A stretch of 62,591 nt of DNA, the filler included, from Chrysochromulina tobinii (lineage: Eukaryota), in the NCBI GenBank assembly GCA_001275005.1. It is 11 parts of 11 records of this genome, joined end to end, with 100 filler letters (N's around TTAATTAATTAA, not from the genome) between each part and the next. Parts side by side here need not be neighbours in the genome. Positions count along the whole stretch, not along the records: positions 28,037 to 49,861 come from JWZX01000828.1; 10 more parts are not named here. One strand, given 5' to 3'. Below the pieces are notes generated by a model. It saw nothing but the letters and a program-made list of their open reading frames with translations, was not told the DNA's origin and made no database searches. Both the position numbers and the translations under genes were made by a program. Positions 33,168 to 43,133 of this stretch are shown one piece after another (the stretch's first letter is position 1; each line of letters starts with the position of its first letter).

Positions 33168-35195
33168 ATGGCTTCATTGTCGGTCTCTCCGGGCGGTACG
33201 CTCGAGCTGCGGCTGCCGCTGCGCGTCGTGCTGCTATCGGCCGGTTCGGCAGCTATTGCATGGACGCTTGCGTTGGGCCTCTACACACGTCGTCGCGGGC
33301 GATATGCGCCAGCTACCTCGTCGGAGGACTTCGTGCGCTCCGGCGTTGCCATCCTCCGGTGGCTGACCAACTATCGGAGCCGCACGTGCCGTCAGTTGCC
33401 AATCGTCTCGACGGTCGCACCCAACTATCTACGTGACTCACTCCCGGCAACTGCTCCCGAGGAGCCCGAGCCCTTCAGCAACATCCTGAGCGACCTGAGC
33501 GAGAAAATCTTACCTGGTCTTACGCACTGGGAGAACAGTGCAAGCTTCTTCGCTTACTTCAAGCCTCACTCATCGTACCCCGCGGTGCTCGGCGAGCTCG
33601 TCTGCGCGGGGCTAAATGTCATGGGCTTTGACTGGATCGCATCGCCCGCATGTACCGAGCTCGAGGTCGTTACGCTCGACTGGCTCGGCAAGCTCTTGCA
33701 ACTTCCCGAACGATTCCTATCGTGCTCAGCCGGCCCCGGAGGCGCGGTCATCCAAGGGAGCGCGGGCGAGGCGGCCATCGTCATCCTGCTTGCGGCCACG
33801 CGCCGCGCGCAGAGCCGTCGCGCGGCGGCCAGCCGCAGTGCAGGTGCCCCGCTCCTCGGTGGTGCAGGCGCCACTGCCGACGCCTGCACAGGCGCCGCAG
33901 CAGACGACGTCGGACGGAGCCGCTGCGTGGTCTACTGCTCGGACCAGACGCATGCCATCATCAAGAAGGCGTGCATGGTCCTCGGCCTTCGCTGCCGGGC
34001 GCTGCCCACTTCAGTCGAGACTGGTTTCACCTTACGAGGCGAAGTGCTTGCCGCCGCCATCGATGCAGATCTCGCAGATCTCGCAGAGAACTGGCTGCCC
34101 GTCGCCGTGGTCGGCACGAGTGGCACGACGACCTCGTGCGCCTTCGACCCGCTCGACGAGCTCGCTGATGTGTGCACCCCGCGTGGTCTGTGGCTCCACG
34201 TCGACGCAGCGTACGGAGGCGCATATGCATGCCTCGACGAGGTACGGCCTCTTTTCGCCGGCCTCGAGCGCTGCGACTCGTTTTGCGTCAACGCGCATAA
34301 GAAGCTGCTCGTGCCCTTTGACCTGGCGGCGCTGTACGTGGCCGACCGGCGCCCGCTGCTCCACGCGCTCAGCCTCACCCCCGAATACCTGCGTAATGAC
34401 GCCTCTGAGTCGGGCGCCGTTGTCGACTATGAGCATTGGCAGCTTGGGCTCGGCCGTCGCTTCCGCGCGCTGAAGCTTTGGTTTGTGATGCGCCGCTTCG
34501 GCGCGTCGGGCGTGCGCGCGCACGTGCGCGCGGGGATGGTACTTGCACGTCGCTTTGCCGATCTCGTCGCCACCTCTGAGGTCTTCGAACTTGCGGCGCC
34601 GCCCTCGCTCTCGCTCGTCTGCTTCCGCCTCATGCATGCTCGCGTGCCGCATGGCTCCGAGGACGACGACGCTCTGCATATGGAGTTTCTCGCACGTGCG
34701 AAGGCGCGAAATGTCTTCATCATTCGTTCGCGTCTCGGCGGTCGCCTCATCTTACGCTTTGCCTGCGGCGGCATCGAGCAGACGGTCCAGGAGGTTGAGA
34801 GGGCCTTTGAGATCCTCCGCGCAGTGGCCAGGGATTGGATGGCCAGCACTATGATGACTTTCAGAGACGTTGCTCAACACTTTGGCAACTCGATCGCCGC
34901 AAACAACTACCCAGCCGCCTTCGAGCTGCTAACGCCTGAAGCTCAGGCCGTTTACTCACCCGAAAGCCTGAAGGCAGCGGTGGCTTCCATGACCTGTGCC
35001 GCCCCAGGAGGGATTCAAGAGGTGGAGGTGATCGAGGAAGGGATTTTGGAAGATTGGCCCGCCAAGCAACCTGGGGATGTCGCGAGCGTCTACGTGGCGT
35101 TGACAGGTGCTGGCTTTGCTGAGGCCGTGGCGGTGATCGTTGTGCAGCGCAATTGCAACCTTCTGATCCGACATCTGGAATGGGGAAGACCGTAA
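33168..35195 (+). CDS. PLP-dependent aromatic L-amino-acid decarboxylase (group II) with N-terminal hydrophobic anchor and extra ~115-aa C-terminal domain
   Basis: PGLTHW..FFAYF, WIASPACTELE, GTTTSCAFDPL, HVDAAYGG, NAHK (PLP Lys), LGRRFRALKLWFVMR. Confidence 0.92.
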   Translation: MASLSVSPGGTLELRLPLRVVLLSAGSAAIAWTLALGLYTRRRGRYAPATSSEDFVRSGVAILRWLTNYRSRTCRQLPIVSTVAPNYLRDSLPATAPEEPEPFSNILSDLSEKILPGLTHWENSASFFAYFKPHSSYPAVLGELVCAGLNVMGFDWIASPACTELEVVTLDWLGKLLQLPERFLSCSAGPGGAVIQGSAGEAAIVILLAATRRAQSRRAAASRSAGAPLLGGAGATADACTGAAADDVGRSRCVVYCSDQTHAIIKKACMVLGLRCRALPTSVETGFTLRGEVLAAAIDADLADLAENWLPVAVVGTSGTTTSCAFDPLDELADVCTPRGLWLHVDAAYGGAYACLDEVRPLFAGLERCDSFCVNAHKKLLVPFDLAALYVADRRPLLHALSLTPEYLRNDASESGAVVDYEHWQLGLGRRFRALKLWFVMRRFGASGVRAHVRAGMVLARRFADLVATSEVFELAAPPSLSLVCFRLMHARVPHGSEDDDALHMEFLARAKARNVFIIRSRLGGRLILRFACGGIEQTVQEVERAFEILRAVARDWMASTMMTFRDVAQHFGNSIAANNYPAAFELLTPEAQAVYSPESLKAAVASMTCAAPGGIQEVEVIEEGILEDWPAKQPGDVASVYVALTGAGFAEAVAVIVVQRNCNLLIRHLEWGRP

Positions 35196-35769
35196 CGCCG
35201 TGAAACCCGTGGAGTGGTTCTGCAGGGGGGTTGGGCGGGGTGGTGTCTCTGTCTGGCGAGACAGAGATTTGTAACTGAACAAGCAACCCAACCAATTGGC
35301 CGGACTCCCTGAATTGCGGTGGGGATTTGAAGGCGCTGATGCCGGTGTCTCTACGCTAACGTCTGCCCGGCGTGACGCTCGGGGCTGGTTCGTATGTGGT
35401 ATGAGCGGGGTTACTTCATCGAAGGTTCGATTCGATTGTGGATTGATCGGATACTTAGGGAAGAGGCGCGCGTGATCGGATGTACCTGACACATGATGTT
35501 ATGATGATATGGCTCTGAGGTAAACTGTACGGCACGTGGATAAAGTTGAGAAAACTGTGACACAGCCATCTGAGAACTGCTGATAACCGCGGTGTGAGCT
35601 GTCGGAGCTTTTTCGCCGCGCGCTTTTCTGCATTTTCGGTTTGGCCGCCGGCCGCCGCGCGCCTGTGGCGCCGCCGCGCGCGTGTGCGTGCGTCCCAGTA
35701 CCGCCCTGGGCTTGCGATTTCATTCGACGGCTTGCATGTCAACCCGTCTCCTAGCTTGCAAGTGCAAGG

Positions 35770-36729
35770 CTACTCCTCGTCTGACCACGCGCACACACGG
35801 AAGCCGCCCTGCTCGAGTAGGCGCCGCAGCGTGCGCACCTGCTCCAGCACTTGGGGCAACGTGCGGAGGCTCTCGGGGAGATCGTCGCTCAGATGCGCGA
35901 TAGCCGTCTCGAGGAGCTCACGCACGGTACTTGTGGCATGCAAGATGCTGCGCTCGACCAGCACCCATCCGACCGGCAGCGGCCAATCCTCATCGTCCGC
36001 TAGCTCCGGCACACTCAGCCACTCGTCTGGCCCCTTGCTCACCACCACATCCAAGCCCGCTGGCCCGTCGACATGTACCGTGCGGCGCGGTGCGCGAGAG
36101 GGCGTGGGTGATGCGGAGGCCACGCCGTGCGCGATGACCATCGGCCATGCAGATGCCACCGCAACAGATGCCGCGCCTTCCGTCGCGGCAGCCTCGCCGC
36201 TGCTGGGCGAGCAGAAGCCCTCAGGCAGGGAGCCAGAGCCCGTGACCCACCCGAGGGCTGTGCGTGTAATGTCGAGCGCCACGCCCACTGGAACGCCCTC
36301 AACCGGCCTGGAAGCGCTATCCCTTGCGAGCGGCATGTGCCGACCGTACATGACCACGTCGGATGGGTCCTCCACCATGAAGGCGACCTCGGCAGCAGAC
36401 AAATCTCGCTCGCGCCGGTAGACGGGTTTGCCGTGGTTCTCGCGCTGCAAACGCGTATACGCACCCTCGAAAGCCATTCCAGCTGCTCGAACAGCCAGCA
36501 CCGAGTGCTCGAGCTCTGCGACATGCACATCAAGCAGCCAGTCGCCCACCCACGCTCTTGCCCCAGCAGGCGATGAAAAATCGCCGGGCGCGAAGGCCAT
36601 GAAGCTTTCGCTGCCGACCGCAGGCGCGATCCACCATCCTTGCCAGCCGGGACCGTCTCGATCGTCCCAATAGTAGAGCCAGGGGGGCTCGAAGGCGACA
36701 GGTTGGTCACACATGCGAGCAACGAGCAC
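35770..36729 (-). CDS. Hypothetical protein (YYWDDRDG..GWW / ENHGKPVY motifs)
   Basis: Open 319-aa frame with Trp-rich motifs of a type I recall from other algal proteins; 5' end uncertain. Confidence 0.5.
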   Translation of the reverse strand: MLVARMCDQPVAFEPPWLYYWDDRDGPGWQGWWIAPAVGSESFMAFAPGDFSSPAGARAWVGDWLLDVHVAELEHSVLAVRAAGMAFEGAYTRLQRENHGKPVYRRERDLSAAEVAFMVEDPSDVVMYGRHMPLARDSASRPVEGVPVGVALDITRTALGWVTGSGSLPEGFCSPSSGEAAATEGAASVAVASAWPMVIAHGVASASPTPSRAPRRTVHVDGPAGLDVVVSKGPDEWLSVPELADDEDWPLPVGWVLVERSILHATSTVRELLETAIAHLSDDLPESLRTLPQVLEQVRTLRRLLEQGGFRVCAWSDEE

Positions 36730-37053
36730 GATCGCCGGATCGCCGTGAAGACTCGGCCGTGCGTGTGAACGTTAACACGCGACAACCGTGTGTTTGAACG
36801 TTAACGCGACTGACGCGACAACCGGTGCTACGGCACTGTTACTGCCTGCTCAGGATACACACACCTTACGAGACACGGAGCATGCGTGAAGATCGCCGTG
36901 AAGGACAACTTCAGTGTAAGAACTTGACAGAACCTGACAGAACCTGACAGAACCATCATTATCGCTCATGCCGATGCGTCTCGCCTTCAAAAGAGTTGGG
37001 CGCAAGCTGCGAGCACGGTTGGATGCTTGATTTCACATCTAGTTCATCAGCGA

Positions 37054-40000
37054 TCAGGTGCGAAGCCCCAGTTCCACAAGAATCGACCTGTTGTGCTCAA
37101 TACTGGCCAGATTCTGTTTCTCATATTCAGATAGGCTATCCTCTGGCAGAAGATCGTCAGTGCCACGCAACGGCATGTACTTGGCGAAGGGCACACCAAG
37201 CTTTGAGAGACGTGGTTCAAGCCAGCAAGGCGGACCGGTGTGGCCAGCACTGCTGCTGCTGCTCCCTGAGCTTGATGAGCTGCCTCCAAGAGATGTGGTG
37301 CCTCTGCAGACGGCTGGAGCTTCCAGGCTCGCATAGAGCCTATCACGCGGGCCAGGCTTACCTATCGCAGCGAGGACCTCGACAGTGAACGCTTCAAACA
37401 CGTTCAGACAAATTGTCTGTGCCACAGCTGTATACTGCACCTGCAATGTGCCCACCAGCCGAGGCCGCTCCTCAGGTCTGAAGCTGAACGAGGCAAGAAT
37501 CTCGTCCGGGTGCAGCTTGCGCAAGTCGCCTGTGTTCAGCTCCTTGATCTCATGCACTGTGAGCGGCGTCTCCCGTGTCTCGAAGGCGCGGGACACGCAC
37601 AACAGCGTACCTGGCGTCTTGAGCGAGCCGTACGAGCTCGTGGGCGAGCGCGCCCCTGATGGCCAGCCCAGGCCGACAACATGTGAGTGCTCATTGGCGA
37701 GCTTGAATTGAGTCGCGTTCAAGAATAGGTCCAGCCCAGTCGTGGTACTATATGGCTTGAGTACCGAACGCAATGCTGCGGGTTTGTTGGCTTGCGGTGG
37801 TGGCGGGGTGAATCGGTCGAAAGCAGCCTTGTCACGAAAGCCGACCAGCACCAGCCGCTCACGCACATTGGCACAACGAAAATGACTGCCAGAGACCACA
37901 AAGACCTTGACATAGTACCCAAGCTTTTTCAGGTGGTCGAGGCTGAGGAAGTTGAGGAGGTTTGGCACATTCTCGCAAATCAGGCACGGGTCGTAGATCC
38001 CAGCAGCAAGACGAGCCTGCAGCGCCTGAGCCATAAGTGAAAAGTTGTCACCGAAGGTTTCGTCCTTGAAACCGAGCCGCTTCCCTTCAGTTGAGAAGGG
38101 TTTGCAGCAGAAGCCACAATAGACTATCGTCGCTGGACGGGCGACAGATGCGTCGGTACCCATCTTTGAGATGTTGTCCAACGGCGCGTGCCTAAAGTCA
38201 AAGGTGGCCAGGTAGGCTGCCCGTGCTTCCGGATCAATGTCGCATGCACCGATGCACGCACCGCCTGCACGGTGACCGACCCTAGTAAAACCGCCGCACG
38301 GCCCGTGGGCCCAATCCATGAATGTCCATGCCGCTGCCGAGTACTCGTTGTCGGCGACCCACTTCTCGACGATCGACAGCTGCGGCACCACGGTGCGGCG
38401 CCAGATGGGAGTGCGGGTGCCATTGCGGCAATCGATGAAGCAATCAGTGCAACTAGCACACAAGACCTCGGTCACGACGCTCTCTGCATCTGCCTCCAAA
38501 CTCTTTATGTGCCAGCCCGAATTGAAACGCTGGGCGCAGCTAATATGCACCACATTCTTGCAGCCTTCGCCCTGCCCGCCACATAGCACCAAACCATCAA
38601 TCAGCTGTGGGTTGTGGCAGCCAGCTGCAGTACACCGCCAGCCCTTTTGCTTGATGGTTTTCTGAATTGACTTTGAGCGGTTGGAAAAAGACCACTGATC
38701 CATCAGGCACGTGTGGCAGCCAGAATTCTGACTGCAAAGCCGCTCTGCATTGTGCCGTTTGGCAGCTGACGGACGCTTCCCTCCACCAAATTCGATTGCA
38801 TCGTTGAACTTTAGGCACGAGATATGTGCCCATTCGCCATCAGAACGCTGCCGCATCATGCCATCACCACGTGCACACAGGCAGCACACGGCAGGCATCC
38901 CTGTGCCTTGCACATGCGTGCAGTGATCGCAAGTAAATCGCATGTTCTTGGCGGCCGAGCGTCCAAACAATGGCCCATGTCTGGGCTGGCCGTAGCAGAA
39001 GAGGTGGACTGGCACACCACAAGCATCACAGAAGATGATCTCGTTCGCATCACCAGGCTCCGAGCCGATGCGCTGGTCCAGTGTGCAACATACAGCGCAC
39101 GCACGCATCTGCTCCTCGAGCAGCTGAGCACTTGGCTTGTTGCACAGCACGCCGTACAAGCATGTGCAAATAGCCCGCCAGTCTGCACATGCAACCTGCC
39201 CGGCGGAGCGATTCACGAGCCACTGGACCTTAATCTCAACATCGTCCAGATCCTCGCACTGCGTTAGACCATCATCGTAATTGATAAGGACAGTATTGCG
39301 GCCAGCCGGAGCAGCATCGTAGTTGACGTTGCCCCAATACCATTCTTTATCTCCATCCCAGTACACGCGCACGCGGGAGGCAAGCAGCTTGCGGCATCGC
39401 GAGTGAAGGTATGCCGTGCAGCCAGGCCGTATGCAAGGGGAGGGTGCCTCTCCCTCATGCTCGCAAACCACCACCTCGCCTTCATTCTTGAAGTGGCTCG
39501 GCTCCACAAGGTTTGCACGGGCAGTGCCATCCGACGCGAAGTCATTAGGATTGCCCTCCCCGCACACGAGGCACGGCCGTTGGAAGTCCAGCTGGCACCC
39601 ATGTGATTGGCATCGCCATCCTAATCGCTTATCGGTGTGAGCGCACGTCACGCTCGGATCACCTTCCTTTAACAGCTCGGGCACGCGCCGCACGCGCTCG
39701 CAATGAGCGTTGCACACTCGCATTCCCTTCACCACCGGATGGTCGGCAGTGGCGGGCGAATGGCATGATGGAACGTTGCATAAGGGTTTGCTTTTGAATT
39801 TTGCAACGATGGGAGTAGCGGGGAGCTTTGCTGGCCGGCGAGCTTGCTTGCTGATCGCAATCGTTACTGCACCGCCGGATGCAACGTTGGCACCAATTGC
39901 CACCGTGGAGCATGCTGCGACAGAGCACGATGTCTCGGCTGCAGTCTCAAGGCTGCTCACGCGGCACACAGTCGACTGCTCCCGAGTTTGCCTTGGATGA

Positions 40001-40365
40001 TAGCCTGGTACGCTGAAACGGCGGCACAGCAGCCATCGCCTGGCTATGACTGGGACTGGGAGCTCGCCTGGCTGCTGAGACTCGGAGCCGCTCAGGCGAG
40101 CTGGATGAATCAAAACCGGGAAGAAGGGAATTCCAAGAGGATCTGTTGCCTGTGGGCACTCGAAAGAAAAATTATCGCCGTCGAACCAGAACTTTTGTCC
40201 ATCGCTGAACTCAATACGATGCTCCAAGTGCCTATCATAGATTTGCGTGTCCACAATCATGCCCTGCTTCCACCGATTGCCCAACAAATTGTTGCGACCA
40301 AACGCCATTTTTCCAATGTCATCATGGTGCGGCTCACCTCTCTTCGCTCTCTTCGCTCCATTCAT
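37054..40365 (-). CDS. C5-cytosine DNA methyltransferase fused to Tudor, ADD-like and PZP (PHD-knuckle-PHD) domains
   Basis: MTase motifs FMDWAHGPCGGF (I), CDID (II), GFCCKPFS (IV), ENV (VI), RERLVLVG (VIII), LRKLHPDE (IX). Tudor RVRVYWDGDKEWYWG..INYDDG; PHD NEIIFCDACGVPVHLFCYG; knuckle CCLC..GEWAHISC. Confidence 0.85.
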   Translation of the reverse strand: MNGAKRAKRGEPHHDDIGKMAFGRNNLLGNRWKQGMIVDTQIYDRHLEHRIEFSDGQKFWFDGDNFSFECPQATDPLGIPFFPVLIHPARLSGSESQQPGELPVPVIARRWLLCRRFSVPGYHPRQTREQSTVCRVSSLETAAETSCSVAACSTVAIGANVASGGAVTIAISKQARRPAKLPATPIVAKFKSKPLCNVPSCHSPATADHPVVKGMRVCNAHCERVRRVPELLKEGDPSVTCAHTDKRLGWRCQSHGCQLDFQRPCLVCGEGNPNDFASDGTARANLVEPSHFKNEGEVVVCEHEGEAPSPCIRPGCTAYLHSRCRKLLASRVRVYWDGDKEWYWGNVNYDAAPAGRNTVLINYDDGLTQCEDLDDVEIKVQWLVNRSAGQVACADWRAICTCLYGVLCNKPSAQLLEEQMRACAVCCTLDQRIGSEPGDANEIIFCDACGVPVHLFCYGQPRHGPLFGRSAAKNMRFTCDHCTHVQGTGMPAVCCLCARGDGMMRQRSDGEWAHISCLKFNDAIEFGGGKRPSAAKRHNAERLCSQNSGCHTCLMDQWSFSNRSKSIQKTIKQKGWRCTAAGCHNPQLIDGLVLCGGQGEGCKNVVHISCAQRFNSGWHIKSLEADAESVVTEVLCASCTDCFIDCRNGTRTPIWRRTVVPQLSIVEKWVADNEYSAAAWTFMDWAHGPCGGFTRVGHRAGGACIGACDIDPEARAAYLATFDFRHAPLDNISKMGTDASVARPATIVYCGFCCKPFSTEGKRLGFKDETFGDNFSLMAQALQARLAAGIYDPCLICENVPNLLNFLSLDHLKKLGYYVKVFVVSGSHFRCANVRERLVLVGFRDKAAFDRFTPPPPQANKPAALRSVLKPYSTTTGLDLFLNATQFKLANEHSHVVGLGWPSGARSPTSSYGSLKTPGTLLCVSRAFETRETPLTVHEIKELNTGDLRKLHPDEILASFSFRPEERPRLVGTLQVQYTAVAQTICLNVFEAFTVEVLAAIGKPGPRDRLYASLEAPAVCRGTTSLGGSSSSSGSSSSSAGHTGPPCWLEPRLSKLGVPFAKYMPLRGTDDLLPEDSLSEYEKQNLASIEHNRSILVELGLRT

Positions 40366-40676
40366 TGGTGCGGCGGCGGTGGCGGCGGCGGTGCGGCGCA
40401 AGCCTCGTGCAGACCCCGCGTGCAGACTCCCTCCGATGCGGGGACGCTCGGTGTGTGTACCCGCACTGCTCTGTGGGGAGATGTACTGTACCAAAATGTT
40501 TCGGCGACTAAGGGCGTTCGTTATTCGAAAGAGATCACAATCTTTTTGTGCGGTGCCCACGTCGGCGCCCCCGCGCGATACCGGTAAACGGCTCCCCCGG
40601 TGTCTTTTTACCGGTAAACGGATCTGACTTGCGCGACCCACGTCTCGGCTGTGGTCGTCTCGGAACAGGGCGCTGG

Positions 40677-41005
40677 ATGCCGAAGAGTTTGAGACCGAAC
40701 CTCTATCGCACGATCAAGATCGTCATGTCGGACGGCGCCACATTCCGCGTGCCGAGCGCCGTGCGCACCGTGGGCAACACGCTGCAGCTTGATCGCGACC
40801 CCGCAAATCACCCCGCCTACTTGGTGAGAGCGGCCGCCTCCCTTGCGCAAAGCCCGTGTGCAACCGAAGCTCACCGCGAGTCATCACCACCGCGTCCTGT
40901 TCTGCTGTGCAGGGTACGACCGATCAGTCGGGTATGCTTGGTCGTCGCGAGGAGCAGCGCCTTGAGCGAGTGCGGACCAAAACCAAGCAGGACCTCTTCG
41001 ATTAG
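40677..41005 (+). CDS. Organellar (probably mitochondrial) ribosomal protein bL31, intron 40824-40912
   Basis: MPKSLRPNLYRTIKIVMSDGATF...LQLDRDPANHPAYL|GTTDQ... matches the bL31 pattern (V.MSDG.TF, L.LD.D...HP.W/Y.G). Confidence 0.75.
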
Positions 41006-41594
41006 TGAGTGTTGTGTAGGCAAGCGACACGCGTACGTGTGCCGTGTACACATACAGTGAACGTTAACGATCCAGATGCCACGCTCTGCCTGACGCCGAT
41101 TGCATGCGGGTCTCTTCACTCGGAAGCGTGCGGCGTGAGAACCAGAGATCCACCTCTTAGCTCTTACCTCTTTATTATTGACGCGGACCCGCGGCGCGGA
41201 CCCTGCAGGGCCCAAGGGGGCCGGGGCACATGCGATGCGACCGATGCCTCTCAGATGCCTCTGCCTCTCCTTTACGCTGCGCCATGCGCTCTTTCAGATC
41301 TCGCGGTCGCGGCCCGCGGACTCGCAGTAGTATAATGCACGCCGGCGGTGCTTAGCCGCGCGCACCCACGCGATCCCCTGGGAGCTGGGTCGCTGCACTG
41401 GGTCGCCTCCGAGGCGACCTTCGAGAGCGCCCGTCTAAGCTCTTCTAAAAAGGACGTGAGTCACCGGGTTGTCACCGGTCCGCCGGCTACACCGCACACT
41501 ACCTCTACCGGTACCTGAAGTCCGCCGTCCTCGGCCCCGCCTCGGATCTCCAGAAAAACTTGCTTAGAATAGTCGTCGAGCTCGTGTGCAAAAG

Positions 41595-43133
41595 ATGGCC
41601 CTCGGTGAGTCGCTGCTCGCTGAGCGCGATGACATCGATGCCATCGTGCTCAACAATGCGGCCATGTTAGCTGCGCGTCAACCCAAGCGCACAGTCGTCC
41701 TGGTCGTCGCGTTGGCCTTCTTCATCTTCACCTCACTCGGCACGGTCATCATTCCAATCATGCCGCACGTGCTCACTCGGCAGCTGGACCTGTCCGAGAT
41801 ATACGTCTTCCCGCTATTCGCCGCCGGGCCCTTAGTTCAGCTAGTATTCGCGCCACTGCTAGGAAAGCTTGTCGACACGCATGGGCCCTTCTGGCCTCTG
41901 CTGATCGCTTTTGGCATCCTTGGTGCTTGCGCTGCACTCTTTGGCGTAGCACTAGCCTTTGTGGCAGACGCCGTGCAGCCAGTGGACTTTTATGACGTGA
42001 TGGGCGCAGCTGGCAGCGGCGAAGCTGGCAGCGGCGAGGCACCAATGTCGGTCGGCGCCAAACACACGATCTACGGGTGCCTCGTCCTCTCGCGCGCGAT
42101 GCAAGGCCTCTCCTCGGCCACGATCATCTCCGGAGGCCTCGCCCTCGTCTCGTCCACACACCCTGATGAGGAGCGCGGTGGTGCGTCGGGCACCGCCATG
42201 TCTGGGCTCGCGCTCGGTGCTCTCTCGCCCATCATCGGCGGCTTCTTCGCACAGGCTGCCGGTCTTGCAGCCCCCTTCTACACCCTCGGCGGCTTAGTCC
42301 TCCTCGATGCTGCCCTCCTCATCTGCCTCCGCCCCATGCTGCCAGCCTCCACCGCCACAGCGCCGCCGTCTGATGCCGCTGCGACGCCGTCTGCGGCGTC
42401 CAAGAGACCATTGTGGCGCCATCCGTCCGCCTTCATCGTCGGCGCGACGATCGCCACCGGCAACCTCGCTTGCTCACTCACCGAGCCACTCGCCCCACTC
42501 TGGCTTGGTAACGGTCCCCTCCAATACGAATCGGGCCTCCAAGGCCTCATCTTCGGAGCGGCGACCGTCTCGTATTTCATCATGACGCCCCTCGCCGGCC
42601 AATGTGCGGATACTCGGAGGCGGCGGGTGCCGCAGCTGGTGGCGGGGCTCTGTGTGAACGCGCTTGGGCTCTGCCTCCTTGGCCTCGCACCCTGGGCGGG
42701 GACGCTCGCTGATCAGACCGATCGAGCGCAGATTGCATTTCATTCGGTGCCCGTGATCGCCGCGGGCCTCTCACTCATTGGTGCTGGGCTAGCACTCATA
42801 GACACGCCATCGCTGCCCCTCCTCTCCTCTCTGGCAGAGGAGCATGGCGAGGCGGGTTTTGGAGAAGCTGGCGCCGTTCAGTCGACAGCCTTCGCCATAG
42901 GACAGACACTCGGACCGTTGCTTTCGCTCCCGCTGGTCTACGCATTCGACGCTGCAACGACCGCGCCGTGGCTCGCAGACGGCTTGGCGCCGTCAGCGTT
43001 TCCAGCGGCGGCATTGCACCTCGCCATGGTGCCCTTGCTCATCATATTCGTCAAGGTGCCGGAACCTCACTCCTCGTCCGCGGGCTCGTACGCTACGGAG
43101 CCGCTGCGGGCGGGCTCTATCAACGCTCCGTGA
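41595..43133 (+). CDS. MFS transporter, SLC18/vesicular amine transporter-like
   Basis: 12 TM segments; VIIPIMP, GKLVDTHG, SRAMQGLSSA, ERGGASG.AMSGLALG, EPLAPLWL and LIDTPSLPLL resemble SLC18 motifs. Confidence 0.8.
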   Translation: MALGESLLAERDDIDAIVLNNAAMLAARQPKRTVVLVVALAFFIFTSLGTVIIPIMPHVLTRQLDLSEIYVFPLFAAGPLVQLVFAPLLGKLVDTHGPFWPLLIAFGILGACAALFGVALAFVADAVQPVDFYDVMGAAGSGEAGSGEAPMSVGAKHTIYGCLVLSRAMQGLSSATIISGGLALVSSTHPDEERGGASGTAMSGLALGALSPIIGGFFAQAAGLAAPFYTLGGLVLLDAALLICLRPMLPASTATAPPSDAAATPSAASKRPLWRHPSAFIVGATIATGNLACSLTEPLAPLWLGNGPLQYESGLQGLIFGAATVSYFIMTPLAGQCADTRRRRVPQLVAGLCVNALGLCLLGLAPWAGTLADQTDRAQIAFHSVPVIAAGLSLIGAGLALIDTPSLPLLSSLAEEHGEAGFGEAGAVQSTAFAIGQTLGPLLSLPLVYAFDAATTAPWLADGLAPSAFPAAALHLAMVPLLIIFVKVPEPHSSSAGSYATEPLRAGSINAP

